DNA of 63,821 bases, filler included, from Basidioascus undulatus (GCA_000826855.1; 4 parts of 4 records of this genome joined end to end with filler, not necessarily neighbours in it); one strand, 5' to 3'. Shown: positions 21,433 to 35,609, numbered from the whole stretch's first letter. Notes: a model not told the origin generated them from the sequence alone. Made by a program: numbers and translations.

Positions 21433-24400
21433 TCATGCGACCCACTTGCGAGCGGAGACGAAGAGCGACTGCCACGGGCCGGCGCCCTTCCAGGCCTTAA
21501 CCTGCGCGGGGTCGACCCAGGCGTTGGACTCGGCGAGGGTGCTGCGCTCGGGGCTGCCAGAAAGACAGGTCAACAGTGCACGACTAGGACGTTAAACGGG
21601 AAGCAGGGACGCACTGAGGCATGACCATGAGGAAGCGGCCGTTCGCGGAGGAGACACCGGCTGTTCGGATGAAGAGGGCGTGTCAGATCGGCTATAGGCT
21701 ACGGAGGCGGGAGACGACAAACCAATGGCGTCGGGAGAGCCGTTGATGTTGGCGGGGTACTTGACGGCCGGCGCGCCCTTCGAGTCGATATACCGCAGCG
21801 CAACCAGGCCCTGCTTCTTCAGCGCCTCGCGGTCCACGTCCGAGCGGAACGTCGCGCGGCCCTCGCCGTGGGCCTGAGCAGAAAGAAAGGACGTAGTCAG
21901 CAGCCCGCCCAACTCAGACGGGAAGGACAGACACAAAGCAACATACGATCGCAACGGGGAGCCTCGAACCCGCCATGTCCTTGAAGAAGACCGAGTTGGT
22001 GTCCTTAGGAATCTCGACCTGCGCCGTGCGGCCCTCGAAGCGCGAGCTCCGGTTCGGCTTCCACACGGGCCAGTGCTCCGCGCCGGGGATGATCTCGCGG
22101 AGGTTGCCGAACAGCTGGCAGCCGTTGCAAACGCCGAGGGCGAACGTGTCCTCACGCTCGCCGAAGAAGCGCTCGAACTCTGCGCGCGCGGTCGGGTTGA
22201 GAAGGATCGACTTGGCCCAGCCGTTGCCTGCGCCGAGGACGTCGCCGTACGAGAAGCCGCCGCACGCGGCGAGGCCGCGGAAGGCGTCGAGCGAGACCGC
22301 GCCGGAGAGGATGTCGGACATGTGGACGTCGACGGCCTCGAAGCCGGCGGCGTGGAAGGACCACGCCATCTCGACGTGCCCGTTCACGCCCTGCTCGCGG
22401 AGGATGGCGACCTTGGGGCGGGCGGTGAGGGCCTGCGGGAGGCGCTCGACCGCCTGCGCAGGGTCGAACGTGAGTTCGTACGACAGCCCCCCGTCCGCGT
22501 CGTCCGCGATCGCGTCGTATTCCTCCTGCGCGCACAACGGGTCGTCGCGCAGGCTCTGCATCCGGTACGAGGTCTCCGCCCACGCTTGCTGCAGCGCCGC
22601 GCGCGTCGCAGTAAAGATGGGGCGCGAGCTCTGCGCGACGGTGATCGTCTGGTCCGTGCGATCCGTGCTGACCGTGCCGATCGCGTGGATGGCGGTTGTG
22701 GGAAACCCGGCCTTGGCGAACACCGCGGCAAGGGTGGGGAGGTCGGAGCGGCGGACCTGGACGACGGCGCCGAGCTCCTCGTTGAAGAGCGCCGCGATGG
22801 GGTCCGCACCGAGCGAGTCAACCATGAGCTCCACGCCCGCGCGCCCAGCGAACGCCATCTCGGTCACAGTCGTGAAGAGACCACCGTCGGAGCGGTCGTG
22901 GTACGCGAGCACGAGGTCGGGGTGCTCGGCCCGCACGAGCTGCGTGGCGGCGAAGAAGGCCTTGAGCACCGCAGCATCCTCGACGTCAGGCGCCTCGCTG
23001 CCGATTTGCTTGAAGACCTGGGCGAGCGCAGAGCCGCCAAGGCGCTGCTTGCCATTGGCGAGGTCGAGGAAGACGAGTGCAGTGTCGCCGACGTCGGTCC
23101 TGGGAATCAACGGCAACACGTGTAAGCTCAAGAATCCAGATATTAACGCATTGCAACATTGCGAATGACTCACCGAAGCTGGGGCGTCCAGGACTGGGAG
23201 ACGTCGAGCACAGGCGCAAAGGCAGTGACGATGAGGGACAGCGGCGCAGTGACCTGCTTGTCCTCGCCCGCGTCCTTCCAGCGCATGCTCATGGACATCG
23301 AGTCCTTGCCGACGGGGATGCCGACGCCGAGCTTGGGGCAGAGATCGATGCCGATGGCCTGCACGGCCTCGTACAGGCGCGCGCCCTCACCCTCGTGCGA
23401 CGCGGCCGACATCCAGTTCGCGCTCAGCTTCGTTCGCGAGAGGTCCTCGATCCGCGCCGCGGCGAGGTTAGTCAGCGACTCGGCGACGGCCATCCGCGCG
23501 GAGGCGGGCGCGGAGAGCAGCGCCAGCGGAGTCCGCTCGCCCATCGCCATCGCTTCGCCCGCGACGGCATCGAAGCCGTAGGAGGTGCGGGTGACGGCGA
23601 CCTACGAGAAAGCCGGGGTCAGTTGAAGGAAGAAAATGGGGAGAAGAAGGGGAAGAACGCACGTCAGCGACAGGCACTTGCCACGGGCCGACCATCTGCT
23701 CGCGCGAGACGAGACCGGTGATGCTGCGGTCGCCGATGGTGATGAGGAAGGACTTGGAGCCGACGCTGGGGAGGTGCATGACGCGGTCGACCGCGGTGGC
23801 GAAGGTGTCCTCGAGACAAGGTGAGTTGGGGAGGTACGAGGCAAGGGACGAGTCGAAGGGGACGCGGGGCGGGTTGGCGGTCAGCGCGTCGCGGTGCATC
23901 TTGGGCGGCTTGCCGAACAGCGTGGACATGGGAAGGTCGATGGGCGTGTTGCCGAGCAGGCGGTCCGTCACAACAAGGCGCTCCTCGGCGGTCGCGACGC
24001 CGACGATGGCATACGGACAGCGCTCGCGCTTAGCGAGGGCCTCGAAGGCCGCGAGGTTCTCTGGGCCGACGGCGAGGACGTAGCGCTCCTGGGACTCGTT
24101 GCACCAGATCTCCATGGGGCTCATGGATTTGTCGTCGACGAGAACGTCGCGGATCTCGAAGCGCGCGCCGAGGTCCGAGTCGTGCACGAGCTCGGGGAGC
24201 GCGTTCGAGAGCCCGCCCGCGCCGACGTCGTGCACGCTCTGGATCGGGTTGCGCTCGCTGAGGGACACGCACGCGTCCAGCACCTGCTGGCACCGTCGCT
24301 GCATCTCGGGGTTCTCGCGCTGGACCGACGCAAAGTCGAGCTCGGCCGAGGACGCGCCCGAGGCCATGGACGAAGCGGCACCGCCGCCGAGACCGATGAG

Positions 24401-25783
24401 CATGCCGGGACCACCGAGGACGATGAGGTGCGCCTCGGGCGTGATCTTGGACTTGTGCGCGAACGCGGGGCGCACGTTCCCCATCCCGCCCGCGATCATG
24501 ATCGGCTTGTGGTACCCGCGCACCTCGGTCTTGCCGTCCTTCGAGAGCGGCACGGTCTCGGCGAAGGTGCGGAAGTAGCCCGCGAGCGCGGGGCGGCCGA
24601 ACTCGTTGTTGAACGCGCTTGCGCCGAGCGGGCCCTCGAGCATGATGTCGAGCGCGGAGGCGATGTGGCTCGGGCGCCCGAAGTCGGTCTCCCACGGCTG
24701 GACATGCCCGGGGATGAGCAGGTTCGAGACGGTGAAGCCCGCAAGGCCGGCCTTCGGCTTCGACCCGCGCCCGACGGCGCCCTCGTCGCGGATCTCGCCG
24801 CCGGAGCCCGTGGCCGCGCCGGGGTAGGGCGAGACGGCCGTGGGGTGGTTGTGCGTCTCGACCTTGACAAGGAGCGGCATGTCCTCCTCCGTCGCCGCGT
24901 ACGCCGGCGCCTTGCCCGGCTCCTGCACGACCGCGGCGAAGCGCGGGGCGCGCGAGCCCTCGAGCACGGCGGCGTTGTCCGAGTACGCCGAGATGGTGTG
25001 CTTGGAGCCGATCGTCTTCTCCGTGTTGCGGATCATCTGGAACAGGCTGAGGTCGCGCGGCTGCCCGTCGACCGTCCACGACGCGTTGAAGATCTTGTGC
25101 CGGCAGTGCTCCGAGTTGACCTGCGCGAACATGAAGAGCTCGACGTCCGTCGGGTCGCGCTTGAGCGCGGACGTCGGGTGCGCGACGAACGCCTGCACGA
25201 GGTACTCGATCTCGTCCGGCGCGAGCGCGAGCCCGAGGCGCGTGTTGGCTTCCACGAGGGCCGCACGCGCCTCGGCGGCCTCGCCGGGGAGCGCGACGGT
25301 GCGGAGGGGCGCAGGCGCGGCGGTGTGGAAGAGGTCGGCCTCGGCAGGCGGCGCGGGGAGGACGAGTTGCGTCATCCGGTCGTGGAGGAGGTTGATGAAC
25401 CCGCTAAGGTCGTTGAGGGTGAGCGTGCGCTGGTCGGACGTCCCGAGGACGAGCGCGATGCCGCGCTCGATGCGGTTGACCTTGCCGTCGAGGCGGCACA
25501 TGCGCGCGATATCAGTCGCCTTGCTCGACCAGGGCGAGATCGTGCCCGCGCGGGGGACGACGTAGAAGGTGTTGGAGGAGAGGACGAGCTCGGACGGCGA
25601 GTCGTAGACGAGGAGCGAGTCCAGGATCGCTTTGTCCTCGGCAGAGAGATCGGCGAGCGTCGAGACGAAGTGCACGAAGCGGGCGTCGAGCGAGGTGAGC
25701 GTGGGGATGAACGCCTGCGCCGAGCGGAGGAGGGACGCCCGCTTGGCGGGGGGGAGCGCGGCGGGACCAGCGAGGAGCAGCAT
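21433..25783 (-). CDS. ADE6: Phosphoribosylformylglycinamidine synthase (PurL)
   Basis: [110 protein letters not shown] at 21433-21435. Confidence 0.98.
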
Positions 25784-26532
25784 GGTGGTAGGGTGAAAGG
25801 CGGGAAAGGAAGAGTTGTGTTGGGAGATCTGGGAGATGGGCGGGAGGTGAGGTCGGGTGCAACTCGGTGGGAAGGACGGCTACGCACCTGGCTCAAGCTC
25901 TGGTACGATGCTTTTAAGATAGCTCTCTACACAGCGCCTGCGCAGAACGACTACTTCCCCAGCCGATCCCTCAGCAACCCGCCCTTTACCCAGACGTCGC
26001 CGCAAAGAGAAGACGCACCGAGAAGGAGCTCGGAAGGAAGACGACCAGCAGCGGGGGAGCAGCTAGGTCTGTGGCGAGGAAACTGTCAGTATACCGTCTG
26101 TGCGACTTTTACCTAAAACCCGAAGAATACACACCGATCAAACTGCCAGAGCTGTGGGCAGCAGCGAGGGCGCAGGGAAGGGATGGACGTGGTCAAGAGA
26201 AGACCGCCTTGCCGCTCGCTCCAGTTTGACTCCGTGACATCCGAAATTTTCGACTTGGCAGTTCGCATCGCAGGCTCGCCCCGTGTCCCATCTTCATTGG
26301 AAATATTTGCTCAATTGAAATCAACAATTTCCAAAATTATATTATGCTATTATCATCACGGGAGGGACTCAGAGCCACGGAAAGAGCAAGGAGCAAGAAA
26401 GCTGCCCCTGGATTCCCACACTTTCTCAACTCAGCGCGCTGCTGACACAGCAGCCTCCGACCAAAAGTGCTCGTCCTTGCCGCTCTCCATGCCTCCTTCC
26501 TCCATTCTCTCTCCGCCGACCCTCGACTCGCC

Positions 26533-28093
26533 ATGGCAGCCGTAGCGCCCCCATCAGTCCCCACGTCCTCCTTGGACACCCCGCTCGTCGCGCAGGCCCC
26601 GACGACCGCGCCGGCCGAGTATCGCTTCACCTGCCAATGCTGCGGCGTCGCGTTCGCCACCGCCGACGAGCAGCGGCTGCACTACAAGACTGACTTGCAT
26701 CGGTACAACATGAAGCGGTGCGTCCACCTCCTCCTTCTCTCTTACCTCCTCCATGTCCCCAACCAGATGGTTCTCCTCAGCCTTCTTTCGAAGCACCGCT
26801 GACATGATGTCGGGGACGCTCCTCCAGCCGCATCGCCAATCTTCCCCCCGTTACGGCGGAAGTCTTCAACGCCAAGGTCCTCGAGCGGCGCGTCGAGAAC
26901 GTCGCCTCCGCGCAGCCGCAGCGCCTGAGCAAGTCGCGCGACTACGAGTCCGAGGGCGTACCCATCCCGTCCCACCTCTCGAGCAAGAAGCACAAGGCCA
27001 AGCAACTTCAGCGCGCGCTCCGCCTCTCCAAGCAGACTCCCTCCGCCTCCCACACCCCTGACGTCGACACTGCCATTCCTGATGCCGACGCCGCCGCCTC
27101 TTCCTCCTCCGTCCCCGCCAACGAGAAGACGGAGGAGGAGCTGATCGCGGAGCGTCTCGCGGCCGCCCCTCGCCTCTCCTCGCTCGACTGTCTCTTCTCC
27201 CCGCACCGCTCGGCCACGGTGGAGGAGAACCTCTCCTACATGCAGCGCGCGCACAGCTTCTTCGTGCCCGACGCGGAGTACTGTGTCGACCTCCCCGGGC
27301 TGCTGCAGTACTTGGCGGACAAGATCTCCGTCGGGTACACGTGTATCGCGTGCGGGAGGGCGTTCCACTCGCTCGAGGCCGTGCGCAAGCACATGCGCGA
27401 CAAGGCGCACTGCCGCGTCGCGTACGACTCCGAGGCGGAGCGCCTCGAGGTCTCCGACTTCTACGACTTCTCGGCGACGTGGGAGGGCGTGAGGACCAAG
27501 AAGACCAAGGGCAAGGGCAAGAAGGCGGAGAAAATGGCGGTTGATGGGGAGGAGGGCGCGGAGGACGAGGAGTGGGAGGACGACGACGCGGTCGTATCCG
27601 GCGAGGAGGACGAGGTCGTCTACCTCTCTCGCTCGGACGACAACGAGTCCGACGCGGATTCGGACCTCTCCGACGCCGATGCGCTCGCCTACGGGGACAC
27701 GCCGTTCGAGCTCGTCCTCCCCTCGGGCCGTCGGCTCACCCACCGCGCAATGGCGCACTACTCGAAGCAGCGTCCTCTCCCGGCGTCCCTGACCGCCAAG
27801 GCCGAGCGGCGCACCATCGCGGACCGCCTCGCCCAATCCAACGGCGCGCTCGTGCTCGCCAGGAACGGCGGGTTCGAGGTCATGAAGGCGCGGAATGCCG
27901 GCGAGGCCAAGTGGGCTGCTAAGCAGCACCGCGAGTTCAGGGACATCCAGAGGAGGGAGCAGTTCAAGACTAAGGTCGCGTTTATCCACAACAGCCAGAA
28001 GCACTTCCGGGATCCCTTGCTGCAGGTGCGTCGTTCGCCGCTCTCGCGATCTTCGAGCGATGGGTGGACTGACGCCCGTCGTCTTCACAGTGA
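26533..28093 (+). CDS. REI1: Pre-60S maturation factor Rei1/Reh1 (ZNF622)
   Basis: FTCQCCGVAF...HYKTDLHRYNMKRRIANLPPV, HSFFVPDAEYCVDLPGLLQYL, SLEAVRKHMRDKAHC, LVLPSGRRLTHR and HNSQKHFRDPLLQ. The stop codon is separated by intron 28026-28090. Confidence 0.95.
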
Positions 28094-29479
28094 TCGCCTC
28101 CCCTTCCTTTTCCTTCTCGCCATCTTGCTTTCACCCCCCCCTCCTATGTCATCTCGCTTATTTTCTGCACCTCGGCACATTCTCTTGCTTCAACGAGATC
28201 GCCGTGTGTGTTGCCTACCGACCGCCACGTCGCAAGACCCACCTTGTTGCTGCCTCCTGCGTGTGGTTTGTGACTCGCGCTGTCTGTCGAGGCGTTCGGT
28301 ATGACTCCCGCCCTTCGATACCGTGCTGGACACTATGATGTAGTCACTCCACGATTCGTGGTCGATCTGTGTTTAATCTCAGAAGACAACGAGATCCTGC
28401 GTCGCAGAGCTTACTGCCCAGCTTATCCGCAACTCGATCATGTGTCGACTCATTCTATCCTAATGTAAATTGTGGTCCGCTGATGAAGAGTACGACGGCC
28501 ACCAATCTCAGGCCTGGCTTGAAAAATGTGCATCTAGATCGCCTTCAGCAGCGATTTGTCCCATTTCACATGAACCTCCGATATTGCCCTGCTCATAGCT
28601 TCAAGGCACAGAAAGCAGGTGGCGTCAGACCCTCCTCGTGCCCATGCCACCTCCACGCTGCCGTACAGGACGACGTCCGCCTCGAATCGCGTCCCTATCC
28701 GAAGTGCAGATCAAGATCTGAAATAAACTGCTTGACGGCGGTCTTCCACCATACTTCATAATCGCCCTTGGATGGCAGTGAGTCGCCTTGATCGTTTCAT
28801 CGTCGCCGACTTCGTATTCCTCGAGAATCTCGATTGCCCTGCGGTACCGGCTCCCGATGCAAGCGGACGAGGCCATGAAGGTAGATCGACGGCATCCCTG
28901 AGCTTGCTCGTCAGTGAGCGTGTCGATTCAATCAGGCAAAGTACGCGTTGAGATGTGCACAGCGGTATCCTCCCAACCGCAGCGCGCAGCGAGTGGTTAG
29001 GCATCGAAGGGGGCTGTGTGGGCCATCAGGAGAGCGGTGTGCGGAGGAGGAGCAGCACAACGAGGCGTCGTACTTGTCGGCCAGACGCGCGACTCCTTCG
29101 ATCGATTCCAAGCTCTTGAGCTTCGGTGGGGGTGAGAGGTGACAGAGTAATGCGATAAATGGCTCGAGCGCGATTGATTCATCATCGACATCGACGACGA
29201 CGACGTGGTCCGCCGAAGCGGACGTGGCTCAGGGTAATGCGTGGGAGGACTAGCTTGGGAGGTTTGAGAGGTACTCGACATGGTTTTTTGTGAGAAGACG
29301 ACAGGAGAGAGTGCGAGAGGTCTGCATCGCATTGATTCACTTTCCATCGCCGAACTCTACAGAAATATGCTCCCGCTTTCGAATCAGACCGTCTCGATAT
29401 TCTGGGGAAGCTGGAGGATGTCCTTGAACCGGCGCGGCTAAAGACGCGCCGCCGTATCACTTCATTCGCCTTTTATTTT

Positions 29480-29860
29480 TATTTTTTCTGGGCGATCACG
29501 AGCAGGCTAGGCGTGTTTGCTGGCTGCCCAGGCTCATAGGAGGCCTGGGTCTCGAAGAATTGGGCATCTTCAACGTCAAAGCAGCCACAGACCCCTCCAA
29601 GTTTTCTCCTTCGGTGTGGCTTTCCGCAATGGTTACTCCACCAACCGTTGCTGCGCTGTGCCCGGTCTGCGTCCCCAGTAACCGTGTGTTCTGGAGCAAC
29701 TCGCCATTCCCTTTTCAGAGCTTCACCTCCTTGACTCACCTCGTCTTCCAATATGAGAGGTCCTTCAACGTGGAAGTTTTCCCAGCGTTCCTGGCAATGC
29801 CGGTTCTCGAGCATGCCTCATTCACCCAGACGATCTCGACGTTCGCCATCTTTTGAACTC
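29480..29860 (+). pseudogene. Degraded paralog of the F-box/LRR-like gene at 18043-19096
   Basis: 29720-29860 matches the reverse complement of about 18308-18460 (FTSLTHLV, MPVLEH, CACCCAGACGATCTCGA). 5' extent uncertain. Confidence 0.55.
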
Positions 29861-30112
29861 ACTTCGTGATGCAAGCAAGAGAAGGATCCTTCAAGTGTCG
29901 GTGCATCAAAGGTGCCCCTGGTGATGCTCCGACAATCGGCACCCTCAGTAGGTGCGGTGGTGCGTGATGCGCTACTGGAGGGTACGCTGTGGGATATGAA
30001 CAGATGACGTTGAAGGAAGCCCTGGGGATGGACGGAGCGTGATGGAGATTAAGCTTTTCTCGTCGCTTCTCATTGGGGGCGCGGGGGGGGGGGGGGGGGG
30101 GGGGTTCCCCCC

Positions 30113-30212
30113 NNNNNNNNNNNNNNNNNNNNNNNNNNNNNNNNNNNNNNNNNNNNTTAATTAATTAANNNNNNNNNNNNNNNNNNNNNNNNNNNNNNNN
30201 NNNNNNNNNNNN
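30113..30212. other. Artificial contig linker
   Basis: N44-TTAATTAATTAA-N44. Confidence 0.98.
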
Positions 30213-33200
30213 CCCACCGCCCCCGCCGCCGCCCTCTTGTCCTTCTTCTTCTGGAGCTTGATCTTCTTCTCGAACGCGACATGCGTGCGATCGAGCGTTT
30301 TGGGTGCCTCGACCTTGTTGTGGCGGAACTTCTTCCCCCCCGCGCCTTGGGCGCCAGGCCCAGAAAGCGCCCTGCGGCCCGTCCCGCGCCCCGAGTCCTC
30401 CGCCTCGCCGACGCGCGGGAGCGCGACGCGCTGCTTGGCCTTCCACTCGTCGAACTTGCCCGAGCGGAACGTCGCGGGGAGGCGCGCGCCCGACTCGGTC
30501 CGGATGAGCTTCTGGTTGTCCGACCCCGTCCCGTCACCGCGCACGAAGTTCTTCTTCTTGCTGTCCCACCGGATCTGCGACGCTTTTTGGACACGGTCGA
30601 CGATCCCCTCGTCCCCGACGAGGTCGAACGTCACGTTGCGCGCTTGCTCGGCAAAGGAGGCGCCGTCGGTGAGGGAGTAGCTGTGGGAAGGTGGCCGTGA
30701 GCGATTGCCCACGTTGGGCAGCAGCACGAACAGAAAGGAAGAAACGCACCCCTTCTCCGTATGCGCGTCCTTCTGCTCGTAGCCCATGTAGAAGTTGGGA
30801 TCGCGGAAGTCGGACGTTACCCTCTTCTTCTTGCCCTTGTTCCCGGACGTCTCGAACACGGCCTACACCGACAATCATCCCCGCGTCAGCGCTGCTCCCT
30901 CTCCCTATCACATCCCCGCTCAGGACCACTCACCTCGATCTCCTCCTCATCCGCCATCTCGAGCTCCTCGCCCTCACCCTCGTCTCCACCCCTCTCCGCC
31001 TCCGCCTCCGCCTCCACCGCCTCCATCTCCTCCCTCGCCAGTCGCTCGTCCTCCGCCCTCTCCTTCTCCTTCAACTCAATCCGCGCTGCCGCCTTCCCCA
31101 GCGCCTTCCTCCGCTCCTTCATCAGCTGCGCGCCTGCTGTCTTCCCGCGACTCCCAATCTCAAAAACCGTCTCCGTGGGCCTGAACCCGTTAACCTTCTC
31201 CAGCAGCGCTGCGCGTGCCTGCGCAGTCTGGTCGTCGAGGGACGACTCAGTCTTGAACCGCGGGTGCACGGCGGCCTCCTCGCCCGTCGACCCCGCTAAC
31301 CCCCACCGCGCGTCCTTCATCATCTCCTTCGCGCGCCGGTACGACTCCGCGGACGCCTTGCCCTGCGAGCGCTCGTACAGCCCCTGGCCCTTGCGCACAA
31401 CCTCCTTCAGGATGGGGAGGTTCGGCGCTGCCGCGTGCAGCGCCGTGGAGATGTGCTCGATGTTCGTGTCGAGCGTGTCGCGCGGGAGGGTGCCCATGAG
31501 GAGGACGCAGGAAGCGGTGGGGGAGGCGGAGGAGGAAGGCACAGTGGAGGAGGAGCCGATGGAGGCGGACGTGGGGATGGAGGTGGAGGTGGGCGTGACG
31601 AGCGGGCGCGCGAGGAACAGCTGCAGGTCGAGGAGGTAGGGTAGCTCCGAGTGCGTCACGAACGAGTACGCCGTTCCCTTCCGGCCTGCACGCGCCGTAC
31701 GACCCACGCGGTGCACGAACACACGCGCGCCGGTAGGGAAGTCGTAGTTGCTGTGTGCGATTTCCATCCTTCGTCAGGAGACAGCACAAAAGCGAAGAAA
31801 GGACAGAGTAAGCTTGTACTCACACCACGTTCTCGACGCCGGGCAAGTCGATACCGCGCGCCGCGACGTCCGTGACGACGAGGAGGCTCGCCTTTCCGCG
31901 CCGGAAGTGGTCCATCTGCTGGGCGCGCGCGGCCTGGTCGAGGGAACCGTAGACGTGGCTGACGGCGTATCCCTCAGCGGCAAGGAGCGTCGAGAGGTAC
32001 TCGACGTGGTGTTTCGTCGCGGCGAATACGAGCGTCTGGTGCGGCGCGAGGTGCGCGGGCAGGGTCGCGCGCTTCTTGCGCTTCTTGAATATCATCTTGT
32101 CCTTGCCCTTCCACTTCTTCCTCCCGCCCTCCTCGTCGTCATCCTCCGAAGAAGACGTCGACTCGTCCCCGGATTCGTCGGGCCCGCCTTGCGGACCGAG
32201 AGGCACGCCGATGACGTCCCGCAAGAGCGCGAGGAGCGCGGCCTCCTTCTCCGCAGGCTTGACGCTGAAGAACGCCGTCTCGAGGTCCTGGCTGATCTTG
32301 CTCTCTGCGTCGAGGCGCACGAGCTTCGGGTCGACGAGGCCGGCTTTGGCGAACTCAACGAGCGACTTGGGGAGCGTCGCGGAGAAGAGGAGCGTCTGGC
32401 GCGTCGGAGGGAGGCGCGAGAGGAGCTCGTGCAGCTGCACGGAGAAACCGAGCTCGAAGAGACTGGGGGAAGGAGAGCGGGTGAGTGGTGCAAGCGGTGT
32501 GGAAGAAGGAGGAGGGAAACGTACCGGTCAGCTTCGTCAAAGACAACGTATTCCACTGAGTGGAGGTCGAGGGACATCTCGACAACGAGGTGGAGAAGAC
32601 GACCGGGCGTAGCGATGATGCTGTCCCAACACAGCTCAAGTCAGCCGACCATCCCCCTCTCTATACCTCTCCCTTGCGACTCACACATCCGGGTTGCTCG
32701 CGATCATCTGGAACTGCTCGTCCATGCTCTCACCACCGACGACCAAGCCCCAGCGCATGTCCTCGCCCTCGCCCCTCTCCTTTTTGTACCCCTTCAGCAG
32801 CTCCTTCCCGACGCGCAGAATCTGAAGCGCGAGTTCGCGCCCGGGGACGAGGACGAGCGCGCGCGCGCCGAAGCGGGTCGAGTGGCGGCCGGTAAGGCGC
32901 TGCACGAGGGGTACGAGGTACGCGAGCGTCTTGCCCGATCCGGTGCGGGCCATGCCGACGAGGTCGCGCGGCGGGGTGGCGAGGATGGGGGGGATCGCGA
33001 GGCGCTGGATCGGCGTGGGGGTCGTGAAGCCGCGGAGGAGGAGAGAGCGGAGGAGGGCGGGGTGCAGGCCTGGGCGGAAGGGAACATGGTACTTTGAGCT
33101 TTCATGCCTCGGATACTTAGGATTGGAAGAGATGAACGCACCCATGGACTGGAAGCTGCCTCCGCCGATCTGCTTCTTTGCGTCCTTCTGGTTCCCCTTT

Positions 33201-33505
33201 CCCTTGTTGACCTCCTTGACGATCTCCTTTCCCTTGGCGATGTTAGCCTGCTCCATCGTCTGCCTGATAAAGTCCTCATCGTCGTCGTCGTCCGCCGCGG
33301 CCTTTGCAGCGCCCTTGACGCGCTTCTTGGTGACCGCGCTGGGCTTTGAGGGCGCGAGGAGGGCGGCGGAGATGTCGGGGACGTCGTCGTCGCTGTCCGA
33401 GTCTGCCGGGCGCGCCCGCTTCGACTTGGACGAAGACGGGCCCGCCGCGGGCTCGGAGAGGAAATCGATAGGCTCGGATGTTGATGTCGGGCGTTTGGGC
33501 GCCAT
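30213..33505 (-). CDS. DBP10: DEAD-box RNA helicase Dbp10 (DDX54), 3' end cut by the contig end
   Basis: [69 protein letters not shown] and the DBP10CT region WDSKKKNFV...[18 protein letters not shown]. Confidence 0.97.
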
Positions 33506-35609
33506 CGTGGATGAGGAAACGACGATAAGACGAGCGTGGAAGGCTTCAAGCAGCGCGGCGGCACAGGGTTGAAAGGGGGCTCAAGAATTGCCTGGGAATA
33601 TAGAGCTAAGTAACCCAAACTAAAAATTAGGAGGCATTCACGTGCGAGGGAGGTGGGCAGCGAGGAGGAGTGGGCTCTTGCCAATTGTCTTCATTTTCTC
33701 CTTTACAAGGGATAATCACAGTCTACACTTTGAATATCTATTCTACAGAAAGAGCCATGGCATCGACAGCGAGGCCAACGTTGCTGTGGTGTACAGTACC
33801 ACCCTCTGCACAATCCTCTCGCCCCGAATGCGTCAAGGGTACGATAAAGGAAGTAATCGTGCTTATTCTATATTTCAAGTCACCAGAAGACCATCTACAG
33901 AAATCTTTCTCTTTTGACCTGTCATATCGAGGCATCGATGTAGAACGATCTGCTTGATGAACAATTTGGGCGGAGACTCCCTCCTCGCTGCTCAGCGAGC
34001 TCAGCGGTAGAGAAGACGGAGTCCCAAAGGCTTGAGTGCATGGATTTAGTTCCATATTAATCCCGGGCTGACGGCCTGAGTGCCGTCTTCGGATGAGGCA
34101 GTGCAGGCGAGTGCAGGCGTGTCACTGTTTCGCCTTCTTGATTCTGCATATTCGCAATCAATGAGCATCGTGCTGAGGTAATGAACTTCATTAAGTTCCT
34201 TCAACATTGGTCATGAGCAGTTTTGTACATAATCAATGAGAACTATGTGGTATTTCTCTCCCTATTTCATCACTTCGCTCCGCTTTCCTTCGCCGTACTG
34301 AATCTTCCCCCTTCCTCCTTCTTTTCTACTCCACTAGTTACAAGAGTCCAAAGGTGCATAGATGTCTTTGTGATTCGATTTTCTATTGAAAACTTATACA
34401 TTGAAGTAAAGCAGCTTCTACGTCTATCTTCGCGTGTAGCGATGGGTAACGACCGATGACAGGACACTCAGCTGAAAAGGCTGCAGAATCTGTTGCTGCG
34501 ATTGAATATTTCTACTTTTGCAATTGAGAGCTTGATAATACAAATTTTGTCATTGCTCCTCACAGTTTACCATCGGAAAGTTGGATAGAGCCGATGTGCA
34601 GTCGAAGGGACACTCACAACTGAGATGGTGGTTGGCAATGTTGCTCCAACCGTGGATGGAATGCATCAACATTGCTTCCGTTAGAATGGCACGCAAGACG
34701 TCCATGCACGGATGCACCTTCAACCTCCGTCTGTCCGACAAGGATGCCGTGTGGGCCAAAAGCGGTGGACTTTGCCGGGCTACGCGGTGAGGGATGGTTA
34801 TGCATGCGCGTTCGTCGTTCTTCGCATCTTATTTGCACTCGTAATCAGACTGCTGGACTGTTTGATTATGACCTTGTTTTTACAAATCTATTACAGGCTG
34901 TTCATTCTATCCCTGCTGCTCGTGCCCGTTGATCGAGGGTGTCGTCACGCGAACAGGCAAAGTGCAGCCGCATACACGACAGCAGCCCCAGTCCTCGGCA
35001 CTGTCCCGTGAAAAACTCCCGGCGTCGACAAAAGAGTGTACTACATGTAGCGTAGCTCTCGTAGATCCCGTAGCTCCTCACCTTCATTGACCGGGTACCG
35101 CCCCGGCTCAAGCTACTAGTTTCATTTTAGCCTGATCTAAGATGCTCGTGCGCGCTGTTAGTCGGCCTTCCCAAGCGTGAACAATGCCTTCGCCAAAAGC
35201 TCGTCTCAAAATAAGCGGAAGGTAATTATTAATAAGGCTCCTAAGAATGGTTCTCTCCACATGCTACCGTCCGTTTCCAAACGTCCGAGCTCAAAGGGAT
35301 CCACCATCGTGTTCGCTTCGGCGACGCTGCGACTGCTCAAGATTGCTCGGAGCTTTGCGGAGCCCGAGCACGGGCTGGATTGCTGCGTGGGCTGCACCTG
35401 AGCTACGCAACACTACATGCAACCCATCTCTAGCTAGTCTGCTGCTACATGTGCATAAGCAGGTCCTAAGATGTTCACCGAATCTCAGGCTTCTCTGCCA
35501 GGCATCTTCTGTGCTCCTTCCCCCCCGAGTGCCATTCTCCACTCACAACGCTCCTCCAACTCCACGATCTCGTATTATCCAACTCGTTCGCCACGGAGAC
35601 CAGACGGCC

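Noticed and set aside
23894..26116. 740-aa ORF antisense to ADE6, and similar long ORFs opposite myosin, REI1 and DBP10
   Set aside because: Shadow ORFs caused by high GC3 codon bias; no recognisable domains.
30076..30112. Poly-G/poly-C tracts at contig ends as telomere or G-quadruplex elements
   Set aside because: More simply explained as assembly breakpoints at homopolymers; no telomeric repeat unit.
33600..35500. Short ORFs in AT-richer intergenic DNA (also 56500-58400)
   Set aside because: No recognisable motifs, codon bias or coherent exon chain.
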